From contig JAYUVP010000210.1 in NCBI GenBank assembly GCA_043753995.1, positions 1 through 54,465 on the forward strand: a stretch of 54,465 nt of DNA. The letters run 5' to 3'. Origin of the DNA: Fibrobacterota bacterium. Its GTDB lineage: Bacteria > Fibrobacterota > Fibrobacteria > UBA11236. Below the pieces are notes generated by a model that ran no database searches, had not been told where the DNA came from, and saw nothing but the letters and a program-made list of their open reading frames with translations. The translations under genes and the position numbers were made by a program. The number at the start of each line of letters is the position of its first letter. The first letter of the stretch is position 1. Of this stretch, positions 1-9,424 are shown piece after piece.

Positions 1-2
1 TG

Positions 3-161
3 CAGCATTGCACTCTTCGTGACGCGCTTTTACGGCTCAAAGCATTTGATCTCGACATTGAGTATCGCGGCAACGGACGTGTACTTCGGCAAAACCCGCC
101 TCCTGGATCTGCCGTGAAAGCGGGAGAACGATGCGTGCTCGAATTGGGGTGGATGGGATGA
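3..161 (+). CDS. ftsI: C-terminal fragment (PASTA-like domain) of a penicillin-binding protein, probably FtsI; gene begins before the window
   Basis: Open frame from nt 3 reads QHCTLRDALLRLKAFDLDIEYRGNGRVLRQNPPPGSAVKAGERCVLELGWMG*, a PASTA-like pattern (LRDA...G.GRV..Q.P.PG). Its TGA overlaps the murE ATG (ATGA at 158-161), the usual ftsI-murE order. Confidence 0.75.
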   Translation, partial: QHCTLRDALLRLKAFDLDIEYRGNGRVLRQNPPPGSAVKAGERCVLELGWMG

Positions 162-1651
162 GCCTTACACTCTCCAATTTGCTGGGCGAGGTGGGCATTC
201 GGGCCGCCTTAACCCAGGATCCAATGATTGAATCGGTGGCCATGGATTCGCGTAAGGTTATGCCCGGAACCTTGTTTCTTGCTTTGCAAGGCACCAAGGA
301 AAATGGGTTCGCTTATGCCGAACAGGCGGTAGCTGCGGGCGCCTCCGCTGTGCTTTATGAAGGACAGCCGCAAGAAATCCCAAGGCACTGGAAGGTGCCG
401 ACTTTGAATTTGCCTTCCTTGCGTCCCATCGCGGCCGCCATGATGCATGCCCTGCATGATTTTCCCGGGCATCGTCTATTCAATGTGGGTGTGACTGGAA
501 CCAATGGCAAAACCACAATCACGCGTTTGATTTCGGCATTATTGGCTTCTGCCGGGCATAAAACCATACGCTTGGGAACCATTGACTATGCCTTCGGCGA
601 CGAAATCCTGCCCAGTCCTTTGACCACGCCTGACGCGGATCTTTTTTTCGACATGCTTTCTCGGGGGGTCAAAGCCGGTTGCACGGCCTTGGCTATGGAA
701 GTCAGTTCCCATGCTCTCAGCCAAGATCGCATTCGCGGCATTTCCTTTCAGCGGGTGATTTTCACTAATCTCACCCAAGATCATCTCGATTTTCACGCCG
801 ACTTCGAAGATTATTTCGCAGCCAAGCAGCGGCTTTTCACATCCGATTATCTCGCTCCAGAAGGCATTGCCATTTTGAATGCGGACTCGCCTTATGGCTT
901 AAGGCTGAAAGAATATCTCGCGGAAAAACATGCGGGTGGCGTGCTGACTTTCACGCGCGAACCTCAGGGCGCGGATCTCACCCTGGAAAGCGCCGAATTG
1001 AAATTGAGTGGATCGGTTTTGCACCTACGCTATCAGGACCGAAACCTGATTATTCGCTCGGCCTTGGTAGGCGCCATCAATGTCGAGAATCTGTTGGCAG
1101 CGACGGCATTCGGAATCAGCCTGGGACTTTCGGGCCAAGCCATTGACGCGGCCATAGCAAAAGTGAGCGTGCCCGGTCGCAATGAATTGTTTTCCTTGCC
1201 CAATGGCGCCTATGCCGTGGTCGACTATGCTCATACTCCCGATGCTTTGGAGCGTGTGCTGGCTTCGTTGCGGCCCCTGACCTCGGGAAAATTGATTTGC
1301 GTTTTTGGTTGCGGTGGCGACCGTGACAAAGGCAAGCGTCCCTTGATGGGCGGTATCGCCGCCCGCCTGGCGGATTTGACCGTGGTGACGAGCGACAATC
1401 CCCGCACGGAAAATCCGCAAGCCATACTCGACGGTATTGCTGCGGGCATACCCGATCACGGGCGAGCCCGCATTATCTCCGATCGGCGCGAGGCCATTGC
1501 CTTCGGCCTGCAATTGGCCCAAGCCGGCGATTGCGTGCTCATCGCGGGTAAGGGACACGAGGATTATCAAATCCTGGGAAAAACGAAGCACCCCTTCAGC
1601 GATCAAGGTGAAGTGCGCGCCTTCACGGCCAGGATCGAGGAGGCAGGGTAA
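158..1651 (+). CDS. murE: UDP-MurNAc-tripeptide synthetase MurE (meso-DAP-adding type)
   Basis: GVTGTNGKTT P-loop, MEVSSH, TNLTQDHLDFH, VDYAHTPDAL, GCGGDRDKGKRP, DNPR (DAP specificity), GKGHEDYQ. Start placed at ATG 158, overlapping the upstream stop. Confidence 0.97.
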   Translation: MSLTLSNLLGEVGIRAALTQDPMIESVAMDSRKVMPGTLFLALQGTKENGFAYAEQAVAAGASAVLYEGQPQEIPRHWKVPTLNLPSLRPIAAAMMHALHDFPGHRLFNVGVTGTNGKTTITRLISALLASAGHKTIRLGTIDYAFGDEILPSPLTTPDADLFFDMLSRGVKAGCTALAMEVSSHALSQDRIRGISFQRVIFTNLTQDHLDFHADFEDYFAAKQRLFTSDYLAPEGIAILNADSPYGLRLKEYLAEKHAGGVLTFTREPQGADLTLESAELKLSGSVLHLRYQDRNLIIRSALVGAINVENLLAATAFGISLGLSGQAIDAAIAKVSVPGRNELFSLPNGAYAVVDYAHTPDALERVLASLRPLTSGKLICVFGCGGDRDKGKRPLMGGIAARLADLTVVTSDNPRTENPQAILDGIAAGIPDHGRARIISDRREAIAFGLQLAQAGDCVLIAGKGHEDYQILGKTKHPFSDQGEVRAFTARIEEAG

Positions 1652-1652
1652 C

Positions 1653-3053
1653 ATGCAAATGACTTTGCGTGAAATCGCCGAAGCCCTGGGAACCCAGGTG
1701 ATTGGCAAGGCCTCCGGGCGCAAACAGGTGAGCCTTTGCACAGATTCTCGCGCCTTTCGCAAGGGTCAAGTCTTTTGGGCTCTGCGTGGTGAGCGATTTG
1801 ACGGGCATGAATTCGTGGATGAAGCGTTGGAAAACGGAGGGATGGCGGCAGTGGTAGAACAATCCTGGTTGGAAAAAAACGGCAAGCCTATCCAAGTCTA
1901 TGTGCCCGTGGGCGATACCCGCAAGGCCATGCTCACCCTGGGCAAAGCCTATGCAGCCCGCTTTCGCATTCCGAAAATTGCCGTCACCGGTAGCAATGGG
2001 AAAACCACGACCAAGGAAATGATTGCGACCATATTGCGTGGTAGCGGTCCGACTCTGGTGACCCAGGGCAATTTGAACAATGACATCGGCGTCCCGCTAA
2101 CACTTTTCGAATTGAAGACCTCACATCGATATGCCGTGATCGAAATGGGCACCAACCACCCTGGAGAAATCAAGCCCCTCTCCGAAGCCACCGCGCCTAG
2201 CATTGCTGTAATTACCAATATCGGCGATAGCCATTTGGAGCATTTTGGTTCGCGTGAACATGTGCTGACCGAAAAGATGACCATCACCGCTGGCCTTGGC
2301 GAGCGCGGCATACTTGTGCTGAATGTCGACGATCCGCTTTTGGCCACCGTGCGCGGCAATGGACGCATGCGGCTTTTGACTTTCGGAATTCAGCGCGGAC
2401 AAATTCGCGCGCAAGACGTGACCATCGGTCCCGATGGCTGCGCGCGTTTCCGTATCGGGCGAACAGCCTTTCGCTTAGCGGTTCCCGGCATGCACATGGT
2501 TTACAATGCCCTGGCCGCCATAGCCGTAGGGGTGCAATTGCGCCTACCCAAGGCTGCCATGTCCGAAGCTCTGTCGCGCTTCACCGGCGCCAAGAATCGC
2601 ATGCAAGTCAAAAAGCTCGGGCCCATCACCTTGATCGATGATTGCTACAACGCCAATCCCAGTTCGACTCGCGCGGCCATTGAATCCTTAGGAAGCTTTC
2701 AATCCGCGCCACGCCGCATTGCCGTGCTTGGAGACATGCTCGAGCTCGGTGAGGCAGGTCCGAAATTACACGCGGACATTGGTAAGACCTTGGCGGAAAT
2801 GGGCGTCGATAAGCTTTTCACCTTTGGTTCGCTGAGCCGCTTCATCAATCAAGCCGCGCGTGAAAAAGGCTTGTCCCCTCAATCTGCCTTGCATTTCAGC
2901 GACTTCGACTTGATGGCCGAAGAATTGGTTAAGCAAATGCATCCAGGCGATGTGGTGTTGGTCAAGGGCTCGCGAGGAATGAAGTTGGAGCGTGTGGGTG
3001 AAATCTTAAAAGCCGCAGTCCCCCAATTGCTGCGCATCAGCGAGAAAGGGTAA
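1653..3053 (+). CDS. murF: UDP-MurNAc-pentapeptide synthetase MurF
   Basis: AVTGSNGKTTTKEM, GNLNNDIGVPLTL, EMGTNHPGEI, DDCYNANPSS, LGDMLELG, VKGSRGM. Start ATG 1653 follows a GAGGAGG-containing RBS. Confidence 0.97.
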   Translation: MQMTLREIAEALGTQVIGKASGRKQVSLCTDSRAFRKGQVFWALRGERFDGHEFVDEALENGGMAAVVEQSWLEKNGKPIQVYVPVGDTRKAMLTLGKAYAARFRIPKIAVTGSNGKTTTKEMIATILRGSGPTLVTQGNLNNDIGVPLTLFELKTSHRYAVIEMGTNHPGEIKPLSEATAPSIAVITNIGDSHLEHFGSREHVLTEKMTITAGLGERGILVLNVDDPLLATVRGNGRMRLLTFGIQRGQIRAQDVTIGPDGCARFRIGRTAFRLAVPGMHMVYNALAAIAVGVQLRLPKAAMSEALSRFTGAKNRMQVKKLGPITLIDDCYNANPSSTRAAIESLGSFQSAPRRIAVLGDMLELGEAGPKLHADIGKTLAEMGVDKLFTFGSLSRFINQAAREKGLSPQSALHFSDFDLMAEELVKQMHPGDVVLVKGSRGMKLERVGEILKAAVPQLLRISEKG

Positions 3054-3065
3054 TTCGGAGTTTTC

Positions 3066-4271
3066 ATGCGGAGCTTGAAGTTCGATATTTGGCTTTTGAT
3101 CGCCGTCCTGGCCTTGGTGGGCTTGGGCACGGTCATCATTTATAGCTCCTCCGCGGCTTATGCTGAGGGTCGCGGTTTGCCAGAATCGTTCTATCTCGTC
3201 AATCACCTGAAAAAAGTCCTCATCGGTTTCGTGATGTTGCTTTTGGGGCTGTCTGTGCCCTATAAGCATTGGGAGCGCTTGGCGCGACCCATCATGTTTT
3301 TGTCCTTGCTTTTATTGTTGTTCTTGATTGTCACGGGTGGATCGGGTCGAGTTCATGGCGCCAGTCGTTGGATTAGCATAGCCAGCTTCGGACTTCAACC
3401 ATCCGAATTGGCGAAGGTTGGCATCATATTTTACTTAGCCCGCCTATTGACGACCAAGGTGCAAGACATGCATCGCCTCACCCAAGGCTTTTTAGCCTCC
3501 TTAGCCGTGGCGCTTGTCACTTTCGCCCTTATTTTAAAGCAGCCGAATTACAGTACGGCTGCCACCGTCCTCATTATTGCTGTCACCATGGTATTCATCG
3601 GCGGCTGTCGACTTTCCCATCTTATCATATCGGCAGGACTGGGTATACCGGCTTTAATAATATTGATGCTTTCAAGTCCCTATCGCATGAAGCGAGTCAT
3701 GGCTTTTTTGCATCCCGACTCGAATCCCGCAAGTTCCTATCAAAGCCTGCAATCCTTGATTAGTCTGGGGAACGGTGGCTTTTTCGGTACGGGCTTGGGC
3801 ACAAGTACGCAGAAGTTGGGCTATTTACCCATGCCATTCACCGATACCATATTTGCGGTTCTTGGCGAGGAGTTGGGCTATTTCGGTACGGCCATTTGCC
3901 TTTTGCTATTCGCCTTGCTGATTTGGCGCGGCATGCGCACAGCCTATTGGTGTCCGGATCGTTTCGGAAGCCTAGTCGCCTTCGGGGCCACGATTTCCAT
4001 CGCCGTCAATGTCTTGATGCATGTGGGTGTCTGTGCCAAATTTTTCCCTACCACGGGACAACCCTTGCCCTTCGTTTCCTATGGCGGCACCTCGCTTTGC
4101 ACGGCCTTATTTCTCATGGGTGTTGTGCTCAATGTTTCCCAACATGCTGCCCAAGGCGAACCTCCCGCATGGATGAAAGATCCATCCAAGGTGAGGCTGT
4201 TGAATGGCGGCGGACCCAAGTCACGTAAGTCTGGCTCAATTCCTGCCCTTGCCTCACGGAGGATGCGATGA
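3066..4271 (+). CDS. ftsW: SEDS-family peptidoglycan polymerase FtsW
   Basis: Multi-pass membrane protein with GASRW, QPSELAK, TDTIF, PTTGQPLPFVSYGGTS; lies in the dcw cluster. Confidence 0.95.
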   Translation: MRSLKFDIWLLIAVLALVGLGTVIIYSSSAAYAEGRGLPESFYLVNHLKKVLIGFVMLLLGLSVPYKHWERLARPIMFLSLLLLLFLIVTGGSGRVHGASRWISIASFGLQPSELAKVGIIFYLARLLTTKVQDMHRLTQGFLASLAVALVTFALILKQPNYSTAATVLIIAVTMVFIGGCRLSHLIISAGLGIPALIILMLSSPYRMKRVMAFLHPDSNPASSYQSLQSLISLGNGGFFGTGLGTSTQKLGYLPMPFTDTIFAVLGEELGYFGTAICLLLFALLIWRGMRTAYWCPDRFGSLVAFGATISIAVNVLMHVGVCAKFFPTTGQPLPFVSYGGTSLCTALFLMGVVLNVSQHAAQGEPPAWMKDPSKVRLLNGGGPKSRKSGSIPALASRRMR

Positions 4272-5641
4272 AGCCAGCACCTGGATTTCAGCGTTTTCAT
4301 TTCATTGGCATTGGCGGTGCAGGCATGAGTTCGCTTGCCGAGGTTTTACTTGGCTTCGGCTTCACGGTGTCTGGATCTGATGCAAAAGAAAGTCAGGCAT
4401 TAGTGACGCTTCGCCGCCTTGGCGTTATTGCCTATGCTGGACACGCCGCCTCCCAGGTGGGCGACGCAGACGTCGTGGTATTTAGCGCGGCTGTGCCAAG
4501 GAACAATCCTGAATTGGAAGAGGCTCGCCACCGTGGCTTGCTCATTCTTCGCCGCGCGGAATTGCTGGGTCGCCTCACCGCATCCCATCGAAGCTTGCTC
4601 ATCGCTGGCACGCATGGCAAAAGCACCACCACCGCCATGCTTGGATCGATTTATCGCCATGCGGGCCTGAATCCGACTCTGGTCGGAGGAGCGGCACCAA
4701 GGGGCAAGGATGTTTCGGCTGCGGCTGGAAAAGGTGAAATACTGATAGCCGAGGCCGATGAATTCGATCGCGCCTTTTTGAGTTTTGATCCCACGGTCGC
4801 AGTCATCACCAATGTCGACGTGGATCATCTCGACTGCTATGGCACGGAAGCCGCGCTGCATCAGGCTTTTGAAGATTTCTTGCATCGTTTGCCGCCCAAA
4901 GGATTGGCCGTTTTGCAAGTCGCGGACCCTGTCTTGCAAGGCCTTCGTAAGCGTATTGCTGCACGATCGGTGACTTTCGGGGTAAGTCCCGATGCAGACT
5001 ATAGTGCCGCTAAGCGAAGCGTCCTCAAAGATGGCGGAGAAAGTTTTCTCATGATGCGTCAGGGCCAAGCCCTGGGAGAAATCCGCATCGGAGTTCCTGG
5101 TGAGCACAATGTGCAGAATGCCCTGGCTGCCGCAACGGTAGCCTTAGAAGAAGGACTTTCCTTCGCCGCCGTCGCGGAGGGATTGTCCGTGTTCTCTGGC
5201 ATCAAGCGCCGTCTCGAATTCCTTGGCGAAGTCGGTGGCATCGCCTTTTACGATGACTATGGGCATCATCCCACCGAGGTGACGGCCTCCCTGAAAGCCC
5301 TTCGTTCCTTGCGGCCCAAGCGTTTGTTTTTGGCCTTTCAACCCCATCTTTATAGCCGCACTGCGCAGCACACCCAGGCCTTTGCCGAGGCGGTGGCCTT
5401 GGCCGATCAAGCCTGGGTAACACCTATTTACCCTGCTCGGGAAAAACCTATTCCGGGTATTGAAGGCGACAATATTGTACGCGCCGCTCAAGCCTTGGGC
5501 GACGGCGTCACCTATTTGCCCGAATGGGAAAAAGCGGCGAAGCAAATAGCTTCAGTCTTGACGGCTGGCGACTTATTCGTCACCATGGGTGCGGGTGATA
5601 TAGACAAGCTCGGACCCCTCGTTCAGGAGGCTTGCCGATGA
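4268..5641 (+). CDS. murC: UDP-N-acetylmuramate--L-alanine ligase MurC
   Basis: HFIGIGGAGMS, GTHGKSTTT, EADEFDRAFL, DDYGHHPTE, FQPHLYSRT, MGAGD. ATGA overlap with the ftsW stop. Confidence 0.97.
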   Translation: MKPAPGFQRFHFIGIGGAGMSSLAEVLLGFGFTVSGSDAKESQALVTLRRLGVIAYAGHAASQVGDADVVVFSAAVPRNNPELEEARHRGLLILRRAELLGRLTASHRSLLIAGTHGKSTTTAMLGSIYRHAGLNPTLVGGAAPRGKDVSAAAGKGEILIAEADEFDRAFLSFDPTVAVITNVDVDHLDCYGTEAALHQAFEDFLHRLPPKGLAVLQVADPVLQGLRKRIAARSVTFGVSPDADYSAAKRSVLKDGGESFLMMRQGQALGEIRIGVPGEHNVQNALAAATVALEEGLSFAAVAEGLSVFSGIKRRLEFLGEVGGIAFYDDYGHHPTEVTASLKALRSLRPKRLFLAFQPHLYSRTAQHTQAFAEAVALADQAWVTPIYPAREKPIPGIEGDNIVRAAQALGDGVTYLPEWEKAAKQIASVLTAGDLFVTMGAGDIDKLGPLVQEACR

Positions 5642-6477
5642 AGGTCAAGTCTCCTCTGAGAACCCGACCAAGGCGTGCCACAACCACCGTGCGCAAAGGT
5701 CGAAATCATCAGCAACGCGAGAAGGCTGCTCGAATGCAACGCGTGGCTATTCGGCAAAAGCGTGCATCGCAGCTTTTTTTCCTTAGTACGCGTGCCTTGT
5801 TTGGATTGCTATTGGTTGGCTTATGCGTCACGGGTGCAGTTTTCGGTTGGCGTGGACTTTCTGGACTCGATTGGTTTTCAATCAAAAGATTGGAAATCAA
5901 GGGGTTACAGAATTTGAATGCGTCCTTATTGCTTGGGCAATCACCTTTAGAGTTGGGACGGAATTGGATTTTCCTTTCCACGAGCGAGGCAGAGCTAGCC
6001 TTGCTTCGTCAACCTGGAATTGCGAAGGCCACGGTTCGACGTCATTTCCCAGCGCGTGTAAGTGTTGATTTGGTCGAGAAAGAACCTGTGGCCTTGGCCT
6101 ATTCAGGTACTTGGCAAGCCTTGTTCGACGATGGCAAAGCCATGAATGGACAAGCCTGGCTGGGGCAGGATATACCGGTACTCGAGGGCTTTCACGCTCT
6201 TTCTGCTTTGCACCGACAACGGATCTGTGGTTATTTGAGTCGCGTGCGTGAGGAGAAACGTGCGATCTTCACCCGATTCTCGCAGGTTACCCTCCTGGGT
6301 AGCAGCGGCGCGGAAGTGATTTTGCGTAATGGGCAAACCAAAGTTTTGCTCGATGCGCAAGCTAAGTCCTTGAATTCGCTCGACTTCCTGGAGGCCCTGC
6401 TGCGCAATCATGCCGGCGAGTGGCGCATGGGAGCAAGTGTCGATCTGCGAGTACCTGATCATGCCTACGTGCTTTAG
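5638..6477 (+). CDS. ftsQ: Cell division protein FtsQ/DivIB
   Basis: Basic N-terminus, single TM helix, POTRA-like segment (..VRRHFP...V..VEKEPVA), C-terminal VDLR. Sits between murC and ftsA; ATGA overlap with murC. Confidence 0.85.
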   Translation: MKVKSPLRTRPRRATTTVRKGRNHQQREKAARMQRVAIRQKRASQLFFLSTRALFGLLLVGLCVTGAVFGWRGLSGLDWFSIKRLEIKGLQNLNASLLLGQSPLELGRNWIFLSTSEAELALLRQPGIAKATVRRHFPARVSVDLVEKEPVALAYSGTWQALFDDGKAMNGQAWLGQDIPVLEGFHALSALHRQRICGYLSRVREEKRAIFTRFSQVTLLGSSGAEVILRNGQTKVLLDAQAKSLNSLDFLEALLRNHAGEWRMGASVDLRVPDHAYVL

Positions 6478-6561
6478 AGGAGACGTCTCAGGCATGTTAA
6501 GTATCACGCGGGATGCGATCACTTTTGACCTTGAATTCATTGCACGAGACGTATGCACCTT

Positions 6562-6570
6562 TGCTATAAT
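6562..6570 (+). promoter_or_regulatory. Extended -10 element (TGcTATAAT) upstream of ftsA
   Basis: TG-c-TATAAT at 6562-6570 in the ftsQ-ftsA gap, 12 nt before the ATG. Confidence 0.55.
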
Positions 6571-6582
6571 TGGAGAGCAACC

Positions 6583-7818
6583 ATGGCACACCCGATCGTA
6601 GGACTGGATATAGGCACGACAAAGATCGGCGTCATCATCGGCGAAGTCGATGTTGGAGGCCATCTTAAAATCGTCGGCGTGGGCACGAGCCCGAGCGACG
6701 GTTTGCGCAAAGGCGTTGTGGTCAATATCGAGAAAACAGTCAAGTCGATTCAACGCGCGGTCGAGGAAGCTGAGCTCATGGCCGGCGTCGATGTCGAATC
6801 CGTTTATGTCGGCATCGCTGGCGATCACGTGCGTTCGATCAATAGCCGCGGTGTCATCGCCGTCTCGCGCACCGACAATGAAATCACCAAGCAGGACGTG
6901 GCCCGTGTCATCGAGGCCGCCCGCGCCGTCGCCATCCCCATGGATCGCGAAATGCTGCATGTCATCCCGCAGGAATTCATCGTCGACGATCAACCCGGCA
7001 TCAAGGACCCCGTCGGAATGTCCGGCGTACGCCTCGAAGGCGATGTGCATATTGTCACAGGAGCCATCACTTCCGCGCAAAACATTTACAAGAGCGTCGA
7101 GAAGGCCGGCCTTAAGGTGGCCGATATCGTGCTCGAACCTTTGGCCTCGTCCTATGCCGTTATTGAAGACGACGAGCGCGAATTAGGATGCGCCGTCATT
7201 GACATGGGCGGCGGTACCACCGACATCATCGTATTCGTCGAAGACAGCGTTCGCCACACTGCCAGCATTGGTCTTGGCGGCAAAAATGTGACCAATGATC
7301 TTGCCATCGGCATACGCACACCTTTGGAGCGCGCCGAAGAAATCAAGCGCACCAATGGCACTTGCTTGCGCACGGGATTGGAATCGAGCGAATACATCCC
7401 CGTGCCCGGCGTAGGCGGCCGCGACCAACGCGAAGTGAGCCGCGCGGTTTTGGCTTCCATCATTGAGCCTCGCATGCGTGAGATTTTCACCTTGGTTTTG
7501 CGTGAACTGCAAAAAAATCATTATCTCGACATGCTCGGGGCCGGGATCATTTTGACCGGCGGCGGCGCTCTTTTACATGGCGCCACAGAATTAGCGGAAC
7601 AAGTTTTCGGCATGCCTGTCAAAATCGGTGTGCCCAAAGGCTTCGGCGGACTCGTGGATTCGGTGGCAACACCGGTGCATGCCACCGGGGTAGGCCTCGT
7701 GCAATACGGCGTTTTGCGCCAACAGCAACAAAAAGAAGAACAAGTGCTGGTCCAAGGCGGCGATCGATTCCGCGACATCTTTCGGAAGATGAGCCATTGG
7801 GTTAAGCAATATGTATGA
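6583..7818 (+). CDS. ftsA: Cell division protein FtsA
   Basis: VGLDIGTTK, GLRKGVVVNIE, LEPLASS, DMGGGTTD, LTGGGA (actin-like ATPase motifs); immediately upstream of ftsZ. Confidence 0.97.
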   Translation: MAHPIVGLDIGTTKIGVIIGEVDVGGHLKIVGVGTSPSDGLRKGVVVNIEKTVKSIQRAVEEAELMAGVDVESVYVGIAGDHVRSINSRGVIAVSRTDNEITKQDVARVIEAARAVAIPMDREMLHVIPQEFIVDDQPGIKDPVGMSGVRLEGDVHIVTGAITSAQNIYKSVEKAGLKVADIVLEPLASSYAVIEDDERELGCAVIDMGGGTTDIIVFVEDSVRHTASIGLGGKNVTNDLAIGIRTPLERAEEIKRTNGTCLRTGLESSEYIPVPGVGGRDQREVSRAVLASIIEPRMREIFTLVLRELQKNHYLDMLGAGIILTGGGALLHGATELAEQVFGMPVKIGVPKGFGGLVDSVATPVHATGVGLVQYGVLRQQQQKEEQVLVQGGDRFRDIFRKMSHWVKQYV

Positions 7819-7865
7819 GATCGGTGACCTAAAAGGCCGAAAGGCCGCTGGGGAAGGGAGCGAAC

Positions 7866-9299
7866 ATGTTCGCATTCGATGAGACCGTCAAGTCAGTAGC
7901 TCGGCTCAAAGTGGTTGGTGTCGGCGGTGCCGGCGGCAATGCCATCAACCGCATGGTGGCCTCGGGGCTCAAGGGCGTTGAATTCATCGCCGTCAATACC
8001 GATGCCATGGCGTTGGAGCACAATAAAGCCGACGTGAAAATCCATATTGGCCAAAAGCTCACCCAGGGCTTGGGTGCAGGTGCCAATCCCCAAGTTGGCA
8101 TGATGGCCGCCGAGGAAGATCGTGAACGCGTGCGGGCTCAGCTCGAAGGTGCGGACATGGTTTTCATTGCAGCTGGCATGGGCGGTGGCACGGGAACAGG
8201 TGCAGGCCCGGTGGTCTGCGAAATCGCCCGTGAAATGAATATTCTCACCGTGGCCGTGGTTACGCGCCCCTTCCAATGGGAAGGCCCGGTGCGCGAGAAG
8301 AATGCCGGCGGCGGCTTGGACGCTTTGCGTAAATGCGCCGACACCGTCATTGTCGTTCCCAATCAGAAATTGCTTTCCGTTGTGAATAAAAGCACCACTT
8401 TACGTGAAGCCTTTCGCATGGCGGACGATGTTTTATGCTCGGCAACGCGGGGCATTTCCGATATCATTCTCAAGCATGGCGACATTCAAGTCGACTTCGC
8501 CGACGTTCGCGCTATCATGGCCCAGGGCGGTGATGCCCTCATGGGTACCGGTGTCGCTTCGGGCGAAAACCGGGCCACCATCGCTGCCGATCGCGCCATT
8601 CATAGTCCGCTGCTGGAAAACCTCTCCATTGCCGGCGCTACCGGCGTGCTAGTCAATATCACGGGCGGCGAAGATCTCGGCATCATGGAAATCAACGATG
8701 CCATGAACTTCATTTATGAAGCTGTTGGCAGCGACACGCATACCAATATCATTTTCGGAACCGTGATCAATCCGGACATGAAGGATGAAATCGCCATCAC
8801 CGTCATTGCCACCGGTTTTGGCGGCGGGGCCTTTGTTCCCAAGCCTATTCAGCATGCGCGCATGCCCCAGGCTTCAGCTCCTCCGTTACGTCGTCCCGCC
8901 GCGCCACCGGTCTATATCGAAGAAAAGCCTTCGCATAATGCCTATCATGCGCCCATTCAGCCCGTGGCTGAAACGCCCAAGGAAACCCCGAAGCCGCAGT
9001 CGATGGAAAAACCTTTTCGCATGATTGAAGAGCATTTGCCGCCCACCGGCAAAGTGCCCTTTGCTTCGCAATCCGGTGCGGCAAGTCAGCAACCGGCCAA
9101 TCCACCGCGTGCGCCTTTCTTGCGCAATCCCCTGGCTGCGCAAAATCTCTCACGTGAAGAAGACCGCGTGACAGCCAGCGAGGCCGATCGCAATAAGACT
9201 TCATCCTTATTCGGAAGCTCGCAAAAAGGTCGTTATCGCGACTCCGAAGGCGATATCGATTATGAGACACCCGCCTTCTTGCGTAATCAAGCCGACTGA
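7866..9299 (+). CDS. ftsZ: Cell division protein FtsZ
   Basis: VVGVGGAGGNA, GMGGGTGTG tubulin signature, VDFADV, C-terminal DYETPAFLRNQAD peptide after a long Pro/Ala/Gln-rich linker. Confidence 0.99.
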   Translation: MFAFDETVKSVARLKVVGVGGAGGNAINRMVASGLKGVEFIAVNTDAMALEHNKADVKIHIGQKLTQGLGAGANPQVGMMAAEEDRERVRAQLEGADMVFIAAGMGGGTGTGAGPVVCEIAREMNILTVAVVTRPFQWEGPVREKNAGGGLDALRKCADTVIVVPNQKLLSVVNKSTTLREAFRMADDVLCSATRGISDIILKHGDIQVDFADVRAIMAQGGDALMGTGVASGENRATIAADRAIHSPLLENLSIAGATGVLVNITGGEDLGIMEINDAMNFIYEAVGSDTHTNIIFGTVINPDMKDEIAITVIATGFGGGAFVPKPIQHARMPQASAPPLRRPAAPPVYIEEKPSHNAYHAPIQPVAETPKETPKPQSMEKPFRMIEEHLPPTGKVPFASQSGAASQQPANPPRAPFLRNPLAAQNLSREEDRVTASEADRNKTSSLFGSSQKGRYRDSEGDIDYETPAFLRNQAD

Positions 9300-9353
9300 G
9301 GTTTAGGGCTTCAGCGCCCCTAGACCCAAGGTTCTCAAAACCTTACGTTTACT

Positions 9354-9385
9354 ACCCGGCTCTCGAATCGAGAGTCGGGTTTTTT
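9354..9385 (+). terminator. Intrinsic terminator after ftsZ
   Basis: Stem ACCCGGCTCTCG / CGAGAGTCGGGT (one G-U pair) followed by a T run. Confidence 0.85.
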
Positions 9386-9424
9386 ATTGCCATGCGAAGC
9401 GTGAGGCACGGCTAACTTTGCTTC

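Noticed and set aside
1437..1652. N-terminal extensions in the ORF track (murF 1437, dinB 11351, pyrF 28818, lptC 31504, ptsH 41441, lipoprotein 20803)
   Set aside because: They overlap neighbouring genes; downstream starts match family N-termini and RBS or overlap signals.
6103..7080. 325-aa minus-strand ORF (and similar ones at 1025-1762, 4400-5107, 35363-36013, 40560-41261)
   Set aside because: Antisense shadows of well-supported genes with no recognisable motifs.
8830..9250. Long Pro/Ala/Gln-rich FtsZ linker
   Set aside because: Long variable linkers are well known in FtsZ.
9405..9421. GGCACG...TTGC upstream of hemW as a sigma-54 promoter
   Set aside because: Spacing is 3 nt too long for the strict -24/-12 geometry.
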